A stretch of 63,172 bases of DNA, filler included, from Perkinsus olseni (taxonomy: Eukaryota), in the NCBI GenBank assembly GCA_013115125.1. It is 6 parts of 6 records of this genome, joined end to end, with 100 filler letters (N's around TTAATTAATTAA, not from the genome) between each part and the next. Parts side by side here need not be neighbours in the genome. Positions count along the whole stretch, not along the records: positions 10,566 to 21,027 come from JABANN010000874.1; positions 21,128 to 31,586 come from JABANN010000875.1; 4 more parts are not named here. One strand, written 5' to 3'. The translations under genes and the position numbers were made by a program. Position 1 is the stretch's first letter. The number at the start of each line of letters is the position of its first letter. This document shows positions 10,954 to 22,687 of the stretch, piece by piece. A model generated the notes under the pieces. The model was not told the origin of the DNA, did not search any database, and was given only the letters and a program-made list of their open reading frames with translations.

Positions 10954-12677
10954 TAGGGATGGGCAAATTTACGGTTTCTACTACGGAACGGTACGGACTA
11001 CGGGACCCAAACCGTAGCACGGTACGGTTACGGAAGAAGGGTACGGATTACGGAAACAGCCTGTGACTTGTAATCTGCGGAGTTGATGAACTCGACACTT
11101 ACTGGTCGCAGAAACTCTAGCAAATCACGTCAGCGACACGGAAGTTAAGAAGACACATTAATTAATGTACGGAAGTGGATGCTGATTGCGGTAGGGATGT
11201 CAACGGTTGCGTAAAAGCATCAGTGCGCGTAAGCTGTCCCCAGCTAAACGGGACCGTCTCACCCTGCTCAACGACCCGGCTAGGCTGAAAGCCTCTTCCG
11301 AACTTACGGAAGAGGCTTGCATACAAGACAAGAGCATGGCCACGGTCCTCAGAATGGGCGAAGTTTGTCCGAACCACGACGAGCCAAGCATTGCCGCTGA
11401 TACTTTGCGAACCCCTCCCTATGTGTAGAGAACCACGATAACAACTTGTGGGTACTATTCCAGCTCACCACCACATCCCTAGGTATGATCCGGAACCTAT
11501 GACCATCAGGGAGGGACTCTTCCACGGACTGGTGAAGTAGATCGAACGCGATGTTCGATTGTCTAATGAAGCGGCTATGATTACGGAGCTTCTTCAAGAG
11601 GCTCCCAATGCCTTTGGTCGATTTATTTGTACTCCCATACCATACTCAGTTCTAAGTAGGTCCATAGCGCGGAAGCTGGAACTGGCGCTATCCGTGGTGA
11701 TGGACCGTATCTTCCCCAAGCAACCAACGAGGTGTATATGCACGATGCAATATTAGCACCGGTATGCCTTCCCTTGAGGTCTACGAAGTCGATTAGGCGT
11801 CGTCCGAGGCCTTCGGCATCGGAATAGAAGTGAGCTACGATACCAACGAATGAGCTTCGTGAGCAAACATTACAAGTGATGCCGATATCTGGGACGAAAA
11901 GGAATATATCAGACGAAATATCGTCTGATGACGATATCTGCTCAGCTCATCTGAAGACGAAAAGTACCAGAAAGTACGACTGATGCTTCTCACCTGTGAT
12001 GGCCTGACTGTGATGCTGGACTTTCTTCTTGATCTCTCGGGCGAGTGAACGCCGAGGGGCATCACGAACGATACGCATAAGGACTTCACGAACTTTTGAA
12101 ATGCACTGTTCTCGACCACGTTCAAGGGAAGACCAGCCTCCACCACAAGCTCGATAAGGGTTTCGAGAAACCCTTTCGAATTCCGCCTCGGTCTCAGCTT
12201 CCCGAGCAGACTGCTCGGAGCAGTGCAGGATTTTTCGTGCGCCCTTACACCACTCAAGCTGCCGCGATTCATTTTGATCTTCTTGAAGCAACGAGGGCAC
12301 TCTGCCATCGCAACCTCTTCGCCCTCACCCTCCATGAGATCGACTCTGCGCCACTTCGGGAAATGCTTCTCCAGGCTTGTGGGTCGCTTGCGCGAAGCAG
12401 ATGACATGGTTAATAAACGGTTAAAGCCTTTATGGTGGACTGGCTTAGAATAGCTTCCGAACTGACATCGAACTCAACTAGTCACATCAACAATACGAGA
12501 GTCTCTCGGAGAGACGTTGCGCGCCGTGCAATGGGGTACTTCAATGAACCTCACTTCGCCAGCGTGCGATACACGTTCTACGCTTTTACGGTACCGTAAC
12601 TCGGTACGGTACGGCTTTCGAACCCGTTAACGTTCTTATCAATATACGGACCGTAACCGTATTTTTGCCCATGTGTG
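10954..12677 (-). mobile_element. Degenerate hAT DNA transposon
   Basis: Imperfect TIRs (TAGGGATGGGCAAATTTACGGTT / AACCGTATTTTTGCCCATGTGTG), subterminal TACGG arrays, BED finger (CPRC...H...C), LPLNVVENSAF, GIVAHF...HTGANIA and WNST motifs; 43-nt GT-AG intron at 11951-11993. Confidence 0.85.
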
Positions 12678-13811
12678 GTTGAGCCGTCTGTACATTCAGC
12701 ACTTCCCACACTAGCACGGCCAAGCTGCGGGCTAGCCAATACACCTTTCTGCGAACGGCCAGCAGGCCGTCCTCGATGTAGAGTAGCGACAGGAACTTCT
12801 CGTGGATCAGTATCCAGCGTAATAGAGCTCCGATTAGCCGTACCACCCCGGCGCTCCCCCTACACCAGTGGTATGGGGATCCTGCCGCTCCGAACGGCAA
12901 GGCTTTGCTCTCGAAGACGACTTGGCCTAGGCGGACCGACGTCCGAGGACGCTCGGACTCAGCTAGAAAGAGATGCTTATATGCCCCCGTAATGTCGTGC
13001 TTGAAAAGCAGGAAGTCGTCTTCCTCGTCCGGCTGGGGCGCCGAGCCGTGGCAACCGCATGCCGCAGCCGCCTCTCCGGAACGACCGTCCGACTCAAACA
13101 GATCCCACAACACCGCTTATATATCACAGGCTCTTGGCAGCGAGCAATTCTCTGTAAGCTGGCAGCTCCCATTCAGGGAGCTGGCCGTGTGGCCTTCTAT
13201 TAATCTGCGCGAGCCGTCTCCCTTCCTTAGAAGGGCCATGCGAGCATGTAGGCGGTTGGGGTTCTTCTGGGCCTCGTCTAGCGACATTTCGGTCATCCTT
13301 CCCAGACAGACCTCTTGCCGTAGCAGAGTCAAGCACGTTTCTGGATCGGCCTCCACCGACAGGAAATTCCTGTGGGCCTTTTTCAAGTGAAACACTTCTA
13401 TCTCTCTGTTCACCTGAGCTTTGGACTTGGCCTCTGGGAGGACGCCTGACGGCTTCAGAGGACTTTCGACGCCGAGACTGAGCCCCTCGTCGATTTCCCT
13501 GAAGACCACGGCATCCGGTACCTCGAGCGCTTGACAGAGGGCCCAACCTTACTTAGCGCGGACCGGGCTACCCTAAGCGGCCGTCCTGGGTGAACAACCA
13601 AGGGCTGTACAAAGTCTCGGGACTAGCCGTTCGGCCGCTCTGCCGACGACCTCGGATACCGCTGTGACATCAGCCTCTGTGGCAGAGCCGCAGAGGTGAC
13701 CCAGACCTCTCGACCTCACGGGCTTCGCTGAGGAAAATATTGGCGAGAGTATCACCTGCCGGGCAGCACTTTGTGGCAGCCGTTGCGGAAGGCAGGGCCG
13801 CTAAAACTCTC
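12678..13811 (-). pseudogene. Reverse transcriptase of the DIRS/Ngaro-like element (stops; truncated by the hAT)
   Basis: HDITGAYKHL, LPFGAAGSP, LYIEDG (degenerate YxDD), GLSLGV...PSGV. Confidence 0.8.
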
Positions 13812-14387
13812 GTGCCGTCGCTAAAACCCTGGGGTCCATCTTTCTGCGCCTCAAGTCCAGCCCGGAGCTGTGCAACTCCTCAGCATGACGCTTGAGAGAC
13901 GGGTGCGCCGTAATCTCGTGGCCGCTCCACTGCTTGGCTAGTTCCCCAGGTACCGTGGAGCCGAAGACTCTGTCGCCCGTTGACATCCTCGCCTATGGGT
14001 CCCGCATCCTATCTCTGGTGAGGTCTATGCCCATATCTATAATCCTTATCTACGACGACCGCTACCGTCGTGGCATCGCTCCTCTTACAGCTGGCGGCAC
14101 GGACCTAACACTCCGTCAGTGTTACTTGTCAGACTCGAATCCGGCTCTGCTTGCCGAGGTCGTCAGCTACTCGGTTCGCTCGACGAGTGCTAGAAGAGGC
14201 ATGGGTGGCTCTAGCAGTTCTCGCCGCAATCCCCAGCGCTGGGAGGCCTGCAGGAACTTTGCCAGAGGCACCTGCACTTAGGGCGATAGGTGCAGATATG
14301 CACACGATCTATCTGACAAGCCCACTGGGAGCTCGGTGGAAGCCCCCCAGGGCGGCACGGCGCGCGGTCGGAACCGCTCATCGAAGC
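13812..14387 (+). pseudogene. C-terminal half of the YR-element gag with CCCH finger (continues at 20312-20363)
   Basis: LAYGSRIL...IYDDRYR and CRNFARGTCT*GDRCRYAH. Removing the LTR element gives ...RNRSSKQSDKSTSHVEGKSDA*. Confidence 0.65.
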
Positions 14388-14605
14388 TGCTGTTGGCCCT
14401 CATTCCCCTTGTCCCTCTGACTCCCCTTTGACTGAACACTGGACACCGTAGACATAGTGTAACTATCACAGTTAACAGCAATAGGGAGAGATATAACAAC
14501 AGGAACGCCGTTGGCTGCTAGCTGCAGCCCTCAGCTATAATCGATCAAGCAGCGCAAGATACGGCGATTGAGTGGTCATGGCGACTGGAGCGAGGTATCG
14601 CTTCA
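14388..14605 (-). repeat. 3' LTR (TG...CA)
   Basis: Matches 20094-20311 with four internal substitutions; the terminal dinucleotide also differs. Confidence 0.92.
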
Positions 14606-17600
14606 CGCCCCCCAGCCATGGCCACAGCGCCGTGACTATCCAACCACGAAAGCACTTTCGATGGAAGACGACGCGTTTTAGTAGGCTTAAAGGCACCAAC
14701 AACAGAATTCACATCAATAGTCCAAGTAAAATCAGGCCTTTCACGGACCAACGGACGTTTATAGCAACCTTCACTATCCTTATTAAGCGAGAGAGCTTGG
14801 AGAGTGTCGCCCTCACGGTCCATCACTTCCAAAATATAAAGAGTACGACGCGGCTCCGACGAACTAGACGAGTCAACATCTTCGTCACAGGGGTAGATCA
14901 CGAAGTCACCAGTGGAGATTTCCGCAATCGGAATACCAATATCAGCAGGGAGTCCAAGACGGAAAGTACTCACACTGTAAGCTTGATGTGGTCGCGCAGC
15001 ATGATTAAAGTCCCGCAACTCCTCATCGGAGTGATACGGGAGTAGCTGGCCGAGGGAAACCCACCCTTGAGATCAACCGTCCAAACGGTAGAGAAAAGGA
15101 TTGGACTTATGCAAAGCTGAGATGACAAAAGGGCATCGCAAGGCTCTATGATTGTTCTCCAACCTGCACAGACGAACCATATCACCAACCGCAAAGTTAT
15201 GCAAAGGAACTTGATTGATTACGAAAGGCAGACCAAGAATCATTCAACTTGGTAATAGCATCAGAAATATTAGTAGAAGAATCAAGTAATGCTGGTGATG
15301 GCAAGAAAGGAATATCAATTCCGAAAGCCAATTCACAGGGGCTATAACCAAGAACAGAGATCTTGCTGCCATTATGCACAGCAACAGCACACCGGGCAAC
15401 AACCCACCAGGGTAAGTTGGCAACAGAATTAGTAGAAATAGCCAATTTAATCTCCTTAATAACATTCTCCACTCGACCCTGACACTCCGGGCGACGAGGG
15501 ATACCAAGGGATCGCTTCACCCCCATCACGGTCAAGAAGCGAAACAGCTTATCAGAGCTATGACCGGGGGGGCTATCCAATTGTAACACTGTCGGAGGAC
15601 CAAAGAGAGCACACCATTGTAGCACAGCCGCGATAACAGATGAAACAGAGGTAGATTTGGCAGGACACGCCATACACATTTGAGTCCCGCTATCTACTAG
15701 AACCGCCAGGTAGGAACAACCATTCGGTTCTTCGTCATCAGACGAAGGAGAAACAGGCCCCAAGAAATCAAGCTGCACCTCAGAAAAACGACTAGCACCT
15801 CGGCGAAAGAGAGATGGCTGTACTGGATTTGGCCCACCGACCTTGGCAAGTTGACATATCTTACAGGAACGGGTCCACTTCTTGAGCATCCTTGGCATAC
15901 GTATGAAGTACCATCCTTCAGACAAAGCAGCATCGACACAGCGTGCCGCTGAGCGGTGGCAACCGAGGAGAGGAGAATAGTGAAAACGGTAGAGAATCCA
16001 ATACTGAGAGCGAGGGGTGCAAGCATAGATATACCACGCAGGGTGGAGCTGAATATAACTATACAGTAGAAGCTTGTACTCCTCATCCCATTGGAAGGAC
16101 GCTCGGTCTCCCTCACAGAGAACACGAGCTCCCTTCAACAATTTTCTATCACTCACTTGGTGATCACCAAGCGCCTCAAGAATTGAGAGCAAATTGAGGC
16201 CACGAAACAACAAGACAGTCTTGCAATAATCTCGGTCTCGCAGAGCCTCCTGAAGATGGGCAATGACGTCGTCCCTCGTCATATTACCAACTTGAGTGAG
16301 ATCTGAGTAGGGAGACCCAGTAGCAGTCACTGCTAATACTGGGACTGGAACTACCTCAGAGAAAGAGGATGAGTCCCTCGCTTCATCGAGCGGCATAGTC
16401 TGACGCCACTGCGGATGAAGAAAACGATGACTCGACCACGTTTTATACGTGACAATTGGAAACTCATAAGCATCTGAGACCAACATCAGTGTCGTCGCTG
16501 GTCGAACAGAATTATCCGCCGAGTCACACAGCGGAGGGAAAGACGGGAACAAGGAAGCTTGACGAGAAAGTTCATCAGCTAACTTGTTTTTTGATCCCTC
16601 AAGATATCGAAACTCTAATTAAATACCATATTTTTCACGAATATGCGAAATCAGAGTCGAAAAGATCTATCAAACGCTCAATAACGATGCGATCATAACT
16701 CTTAGTACCAACGACTAACTGAGTCGCCCAGTGGACCGCACTGGAGTTGTCACTGTAGAGAACCACATGTTGAATCTGGGGGGCATGAGGGCTGAAATTA
16801 TTTCAGCCAAATTCCTGACATTTCGCGAATTGGGCATTATTCCTATTTCAGTGAAATAGGACAGGCAATGCTCAACAGAAACACAAGCCTTGTAAAGGAC
16901 AATAGCTTCTTTCCTATCAATGTGCCAACGTTTCTCACGTTCGCGAAGTTGAAAACTTCCAGCACATACCTCAAGCAGAACTCGAGAAGGATCCTCCAAT
17001 TCAGCCCAAAGAGCCTCATCACTCCCGGTTGAATGGATACAGAAGCCATAGCCTAGAGAGCTGGCATCGCAGTGAACAAGTTGGGTCGAATGAGTAGACG
17101 GAACAGAGTCATGAGAACACTCACCAAGGTCATCGTTGGCGATAGCAGAGAGAGCAAAGCAAAAGGCTTGGGCTTGCTGATGATTGAGAAACCGCTTCTT
17201 ATCCCAGGCAGACCGACGGGGGCCGCCTGGAGAAGAGCCAAACCAGTGGCGTAAATAATCGCCCCCCAAGCTCAGCAGACAGTGGCATCGCAAGGGATCG
17301 AAGCTGCGACCAGCGTAGCTAGAAGCCTGACGACGAGAGATTCTCAGGTCATCGCTCTGAAAAATTGAAGGATCGAGGGGATCAGGTTTCACACATCTGA
17401 TTACGAGGCGATCATCATCAATCTCCCACAGCAACCCTAGATGTCGGCAAGGCGCCGAGATAGCCCGAAGATCATCACACTTATTGGCGGGAAACCTCGA
17501 CCCACAGAGAACTGCAGTAACAGAGAGCAGATATCGCATCCGCTGAACTAGAGGTTTAGTACCCAGAGTTATAATATGAAGGTACTCAGAGAACTTGGAC

Positions 17601-18339
17601 CGTGTTTCAGTCCAAAAAGGACTCTATCACTATAAAAAACACGGTTCCCAGTCAAGACCTTAATCACCTTAGGCGACTGTATATGGAGCCTCAGCAAAGC
17701 CTTCTCCAAATCCATAAAACATACATCATACTGTGGGCGGTACCGGGCTCGAACGATAGTGGCTATTGCTCCCACGGTTTTACCGCAATAAGAGGCAGAG
17801 CATAGGGTCCGAGTCAGGACTCGACAATCGCTACAAGGGCGAATCCGTGTCGACTTCAATAATCTCTGGCAAACGGGAAAAGTGCACACTGGAGGAGAGA
17901 TCACCTCAGCGTTAGACGGGAGTGAATCGAACCACCAACCATTATCACGGAACTTCTGAATCTCCCCCCAATATTCCTTTTGGGCTTCCGCTGATAGCTT
18001 CGCCAAAAGGCCGGGGGAAAAGTCATGTACCTTCCCAGGGGGAGCAGCAGTAGAGGAGGACGATGTCGAAGCCCAAGATACTTCAAAAACCCACTTCTGC
18101 TCAGAAGTATCGGACTGATCCGAGGGAGAAATTGGACGAAGGCGGGCAGAGAAATTTGGAGCCCCAACCAGGGGAACCCAAACATTAACCCTGGACCGGA
18201 GGTAATCGGTAGCAGAAGACTCCAACACAGACCGAGATACGTCAGTGGAAGCGGGAGCTTCCACGGAGCGCGGGATGGTAACGTGATCTTGCACCGATCC
18301 GGTCAAGATCACGAAAACCAGCAAGAACCTCGCAGTCAC
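14545..18339 (-). pseudogene. pol (RT, RNase H, integrase), broken by stops and frameshifts
   Basis: FMDLEKA, FGLKHGP, RSFDPL, HCDAS, integrase H..H..C..C, LDFLGP, LDS, GRVE. Confidence 0.85.
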
Positions 18340-20161
18340 AAGACTGCTTCAAGGCATCATCAGCGACCACCAAGCAGTGGAGGCTCACGATACCCTTACC
18401 GACAATAAAGAGACGTATATCAGTCGCCTTCCCGGGACTAGGTTGGTTACCAAGCGAGGTCAGCCGTGTCACATCACTGCTAATTGAGCAACCCAATCTC
18501 TGGGCCAATGAGACAGTAACCAAGTTAACAGAGCTCATAGTATCAAGAGCCACGCTAACAACTTCATCCACACCTTCAGGCTTCTCCGACAGCACTCGGA
18601 GATGGCTTGTTAGGAGGGAGTGAGTTATCTGCAAAGAAACAGCAGTAAGAGGAGTCACACCTTGAACGCTCGAGTTCAGAGCAGCGTTAGGACGAGGCTT
18701 AAGTTCAACAGAAGAGTCACTCTTACTGTCTTTTCTCGAAGGACAGGCATACGCGTAATGTCCTACTTGGCCACACCTATAACAAGTGATGGGCTTTGAG
18801 GAAGTCGGCGGTGGCTTCGATGATGGTAAGGATTGACGTTTATGAGGAGGGCCAGGACGGCGGGAGTTATCAGAAGGCTTGGGTCGAGTAGAGGAAGATG
18901 CCAGGTCACGAGTCGATATGGTACCCTGTGGTTGAGGGGAGTACCAAGACCGATTAGTATTACTCTCATTCCCCGGTTCATTCTTCGAGTCGAACCTTGG
19001 CCTCTTCGCTCCTTGTTGATGACGACGATTACCACCATTATTGGATCGCTGGGACCCTAACTTCAAGAACTTATCAATAGTAGAGAAACCACCATGCTTA
19101 GCAAGCAGGGCCAAATTTGCCACGAACTTATCCGTATCGCCCTCTGTAGAATGTTCTAGGCGATCAATAAAGGCGGCGAACCCAATATCAGAGTCGTTGA
19201 ACAAAGGCGTCGCGCGCAAAAGGGCTCCATAAAGAAGGCGTCTGGTAGACCAAGTCAACGATATACCAGAGGGATGAGAACTTAATCGAGAGTGAATGCG
19301 CCTCTCGCGCTCAATAGTGCGAACCATACTATCACCACGCTCGATGGCTTGAGGAAGGGAAGACCACTGCTTCAGAAGACAAAGAGGATGCCTAAGGTTT
19401 GGAATTTCCAGCTCCTGAACCTCACGAAGCGTTGCCTCCGCCTTGTCAAGCACTGATTGGCAAGCAGTGACATAACGATGGTAGAGCTCCTTAATGTCTT
19501 CAGCAGAAGTAGAATCATCGGCCTCGAAATGGAGTCTCTGAATCCGTCGCCAGGCCATAACATCAAAATCTGCATCCAGCAATTCACCGGCAGGTGCGGC
19601 TTTAGCAAGAAGAGCAGTCTTGATAGCGTCGGCGACGGGCCTTGGCAAAAACCCAGCATAAGCATATAAACGAATCGGAGCAGTACTACCAGTAAACTCG
19701 GAGAGAGACAGCGATAAGGCGCGAGTAAAGCGTTCGTAAGTAAAACGGGGCCCACCACCACCACTTTTAGACTGTACTGCATTCCAAAGAGTAGGGTCAT
19801 GGTAAGCGTCGCGATGAGGAGGGAGGTGCCAGGCAGAGCTGAAACCGGACAATCTGCTCCCCAGCTTGGATCCATTGGTGCCAACGAAGAAAAGATTTTC
19901 TAAGGCAGGAGAGTGGATCGAAAAACCGAGAAGTTCCTCACAAACTTTCACGGGTGGGAGAGCCACTAGCTCTGCTAGGGAGCTAGAAAGCTTCTCCCCT
20001 TCGTCCCCCAAGGTTAGGCGGGCCGCATCGCGCAAAGCCGCAGAAAAGAGTTCAGAGGAGGTTTGAGAGACAAGAAGTCCGGCCGGTGCACCATGCTGTT
20101 GGCCCTCATTCCCCTTGCCCCTCTGACTCCCCTTTGACTGAACACTGGACACCGTAGACAT
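18242..20161 (-). CDS. gag-protease ORF, 639 aa
   Basis: CYRCGQVGHYAYAC knuckle and ALDTMS aspartic protease motif; the ATG lies inside the 5' LTR. Confidence 0.85.
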   Translation of the reverse strand: MSTVSSVQSKGSQRGKGNEGQQHGAPAGLLVSQTSSELFSAALRDAARLTLGDEGEKLSSSLAELVALPPVKVCEELLGFSIHSPALENLFFVGTNGSKLGSRLSGFSSAWHLPPHRDAYHDPTLWNAVQSKSGGGGPRFTYERFTRALSLSLSEFTGSTAPIRLYAYAGFLPRPVADAIKTALLAKAAPAGELLDADFDVMAWRRIQRLHFEADDSTSAEDIKELYHRYVTACQSVLDKAEATLREVQELEIPNLRHPLCLLKQWSSLPQAIERGDSMVRTIERERRIHSRLSSHPSGISLTWSTRRLLYGALLRATPLFNDSDIGFAAFIDRLEHSTEGDTDKFVANLALLAKHGGFSTIDKFLKLGSQRSNNGGNRRHQQGAKRPRFDSKNEPGNESNTNRSWYSPQPQGTISTRDLASSSTRPKPSDNSRRPGPPHKRQSLPSSKPPPTSSKPITCYRCGQVGHYAYACPSRKDSKSDSSVELKPRPNAALNSSVQGVTPLTAVSLQITHSLLTSHLRVLSEKPEGVDEVVSVALDTMSSVNLVTVSLAQRLGCSISSDVTRLTSLGNQPSPGKATDIRLFIVGKGIVSLHCLVVADDALKQSCDCEVLAGFRDLDRIGARSRYHPALRGSSRFH

Positions 20162-20311
20162 AGTGTAACTATCACAGTTAACAGCAATAGAGAGAGATAT
20201 AACAACAGGAACGCCGTTGGCTGCTAGCTGCAGCCCTCAGCTATAATCGATCAAGCAGCGCAATATACGGCGAGTGAGTGGTCATGGCGACTGGAGCGAG
20301 GTATCGCTTGT
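20094..20311 (-). repeat. 5' LTR
   Basis: Matches 14388-14605; followed on the element strand by the PBS. Confidence 0.92.
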
Positions 20312-20370
20312 AAAGCAGTCGGACAAGTCGACTTCCCACGTTGAGGGTAAGTCCGACGCTTGACGGGCAC

Positions 20371-20950
20371 ATGCGGTGCCAGATCTCACGTTGAGAGTTC
20401 TCGTTTCGGCTTCTACGTAGAGGTTAGTGAATGGTGTTGAGTGGGAAGTCATCACTCAAGTCATCGCCAGGTAAACCACACTTCTAAATAATATCCTTGA
20501 GAGGTACATAACAGCCATTACTAGTATTGCTGACAGCGGCGATGACCGAGGCAGACACCCCGTAGAATAGGCTCGGTGGCAAGGGAGTGTAGAAGTTCTT
20601 GACTGACTGGTTGATTATGGCCTTCACTTGAACAGTGGACCTCTGAGACGCAGCGTCAGATTCCGCATGCAGCTTGCGCCTCTTACGGATGACCGAGCCG
20701 ACCTCTTCGGCGAGGGACTCGAGTGTGGCGGCTGCAGCTATAGAGCGTACTAGTGACCCTCGCCATTGAGGCGGAGGAGAGGAAGCCCAGGAGCTGGGCA
20801 GAAGTCAAACCGTTGACACTGAGGGAATGGAATTGACGACCTCGTCGGCAACCTCGGAAGATGCTGCTAACGCTTTGACCATGGCGACGACACCCGCCAA
20901 CAGAACTCTGCGAGAGACAGCCTATCAAAGCACAGTACGTGCATTGTAAG
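20371..20950 (-). pseudogene. Probable N-terminal half of the YR-element gag
   Basis: Protein-like reading with lesions (LESLAEEVGSVIRKRRKL...NGCYVPLKDII); same strand as RT and YR. Confidence 0.5.
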
Positions 20951-21951
20951 CTTTTGTAGCGGGCCGTGTGAACCCCGCTGGGAGCTGAGGTCCAATGAAG
21001 GGCTGAGGCTCAAGATCTTCACCACTCNNNNNNNNNNNNNNNNNNNNNNNNNNNNNNNNNNNNNNNNNNNNTTAATTAATTAANNNNNNNNNNNNNNNNN
21101 NNNNNNNNNNNNNNNNNNNNNNNNNNNGACACCTGGTGTCCCCTCTCGCGGGTTCTGGTTTCGCGTATGCCTCTCCCAACCTCAGCGTCTATGGGTTTCC
21201 GCCCGAGGAGCGCCGGCTTGCGTGTCAGCAAACAGTGGTATCGTCGGCCTACTTGCTGTCGCTCTTCGTCTCTGCCGCTGCTTCTTTGTGAGGATGCTCG
21301 AGGCCTTCCTCTCGATCGCAGCTGTTTAATTCTTCCTTCCTCAATATGAGTTCTAATGATAATGCAGCCGACGATGGAGCTCAGCGTGTTTGGCGAACGA
21401 ATGCTGGGAATTATTATCATGTATTGGACCTGGTCATCACCGATCCTGAGGTTATACCGGGGCGGACGCAGTACTAGGCTCGTTAGGCTCGGGAGGGAGC
21501 GAATCTACTTTCACTGCGGAGCGTCGATGATTCGTGAAGCCAACTCAAGTCGATGCTCCGTGCTGATTCGGTCGGCGTCCTTGGAGTGGTTCCAAGCGAT
21601 CGCCTCTATGATGGCCCATTGCTTCTCTGAATCATGGCAGGTCACTCTGAGAGCCCGGAAAGTCATCCGAGCGACGTTCCTCATCTTCATCACCTTGTGC
21701 GCTAGAGCCCTTCTCCTTTTGGCTGATGGTGAGTCTAATGCTTCTTGCTCCTTCAGTTGCATTTAACTATAGACTTCGACCATTGTTGGGTATTGACCGT
21801 TCTGGTCAGGCCAGCCGCTGATGCAGACTCTAGTGGGCATAGCTTTTGTAGCAGTGATTCCGGCGTTCGGATACTGGGGCGCCAAGAAAGCGTAACGACG
21901 GCGAATTTCTAGATAGGAAAGGGATTTCTTTATCGCAGGTCGCCAACTTTA

Positions 21952-22687
21952 ATGAGCTTGTTCTGTTTGCTGATGCTAATTCATGCATCACACGCCACGG
22001 CCCTTTTGATATACGTGTTGGTCGCCACCTTCACAGATGGATGCATGTAAGCACTTGGGCTCGTTGGTTTCCGACTCCCGCAATGTCGCTTGTGGAACCC
22101 ATCACCAACACCGTACTGGAGTCGATTCCGAAATCGTGTTTGTCGGTCGAAGTGCGCTTAGTTGAGAAATGTTCAGCGTCTTTGTGTGAGGAGTGCAAGG
22201 CTGACGATACGGCCCAAGAGAGTTCGTGTCCCTTCAGAGAGCAGGAGGATCCGAGGCATCCCGGAGTGTTGATTTGCCAGAAGATCGACTGGAACTGGAT
22301 GTTCACTATTGCGGTTATCCTTTTGGCTGTGTGGGCTACCCTCGCCTTCTACGCCTCTTACCAGGGATACAAGCTCTTTGTCAAATTAGCGAGCGGCGAC
22401 CAGGTGATACTAACACGCCTTTCCTCTTGCTGATGGTCAAACTTTGCAGGTTGCGACGACGCAAGAGGCGACGTCGTCAGCTTACGAGATGGAGCCAGGC
22501 AGCGGAGATGTTACGTTCGGCAAGGTAGCTTGGCTTGTCTGATTTGCTTCCAATGGCTTGGTTTGATTGAAGCTTGTTTCAGCCGGTAGCGGAGAGTGCC
22601 ACGCCTAAGTCTAGTGACGACATTGAGATGGGGAAGCCGCAACAACGCCATGGTTCATCAGCCTCTGTGGACAGTGGTGTCCTTTGA
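21952..22687 (+). CDS. Small spliced single-pass membrane protein with Cys-containing N-terminal part (start approximate)
   Basis: TM segment WMFTIAVILLAVWATLAFYASY. Two GT-AG introns (~22404-22449, ~22525-22582) join exons in frame to ...VDSGVL*. Confidence 0.6.

Larger units (their letters stand above)
14388..20311 (-). mobile_element. Full-length degenerate LTR retrotransposon (gag-PR-RT-RH-IN order)
   Basis: 218-bp LTRs at 14388-14605 and 20094-20311; PBS TGGTGCACCGGCCGG (tRNA-Gly-like) directly after the 5' LTR; G-rich PPT; imperfect TSD GAAGC/AAAGC. Confidence 0.92.
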
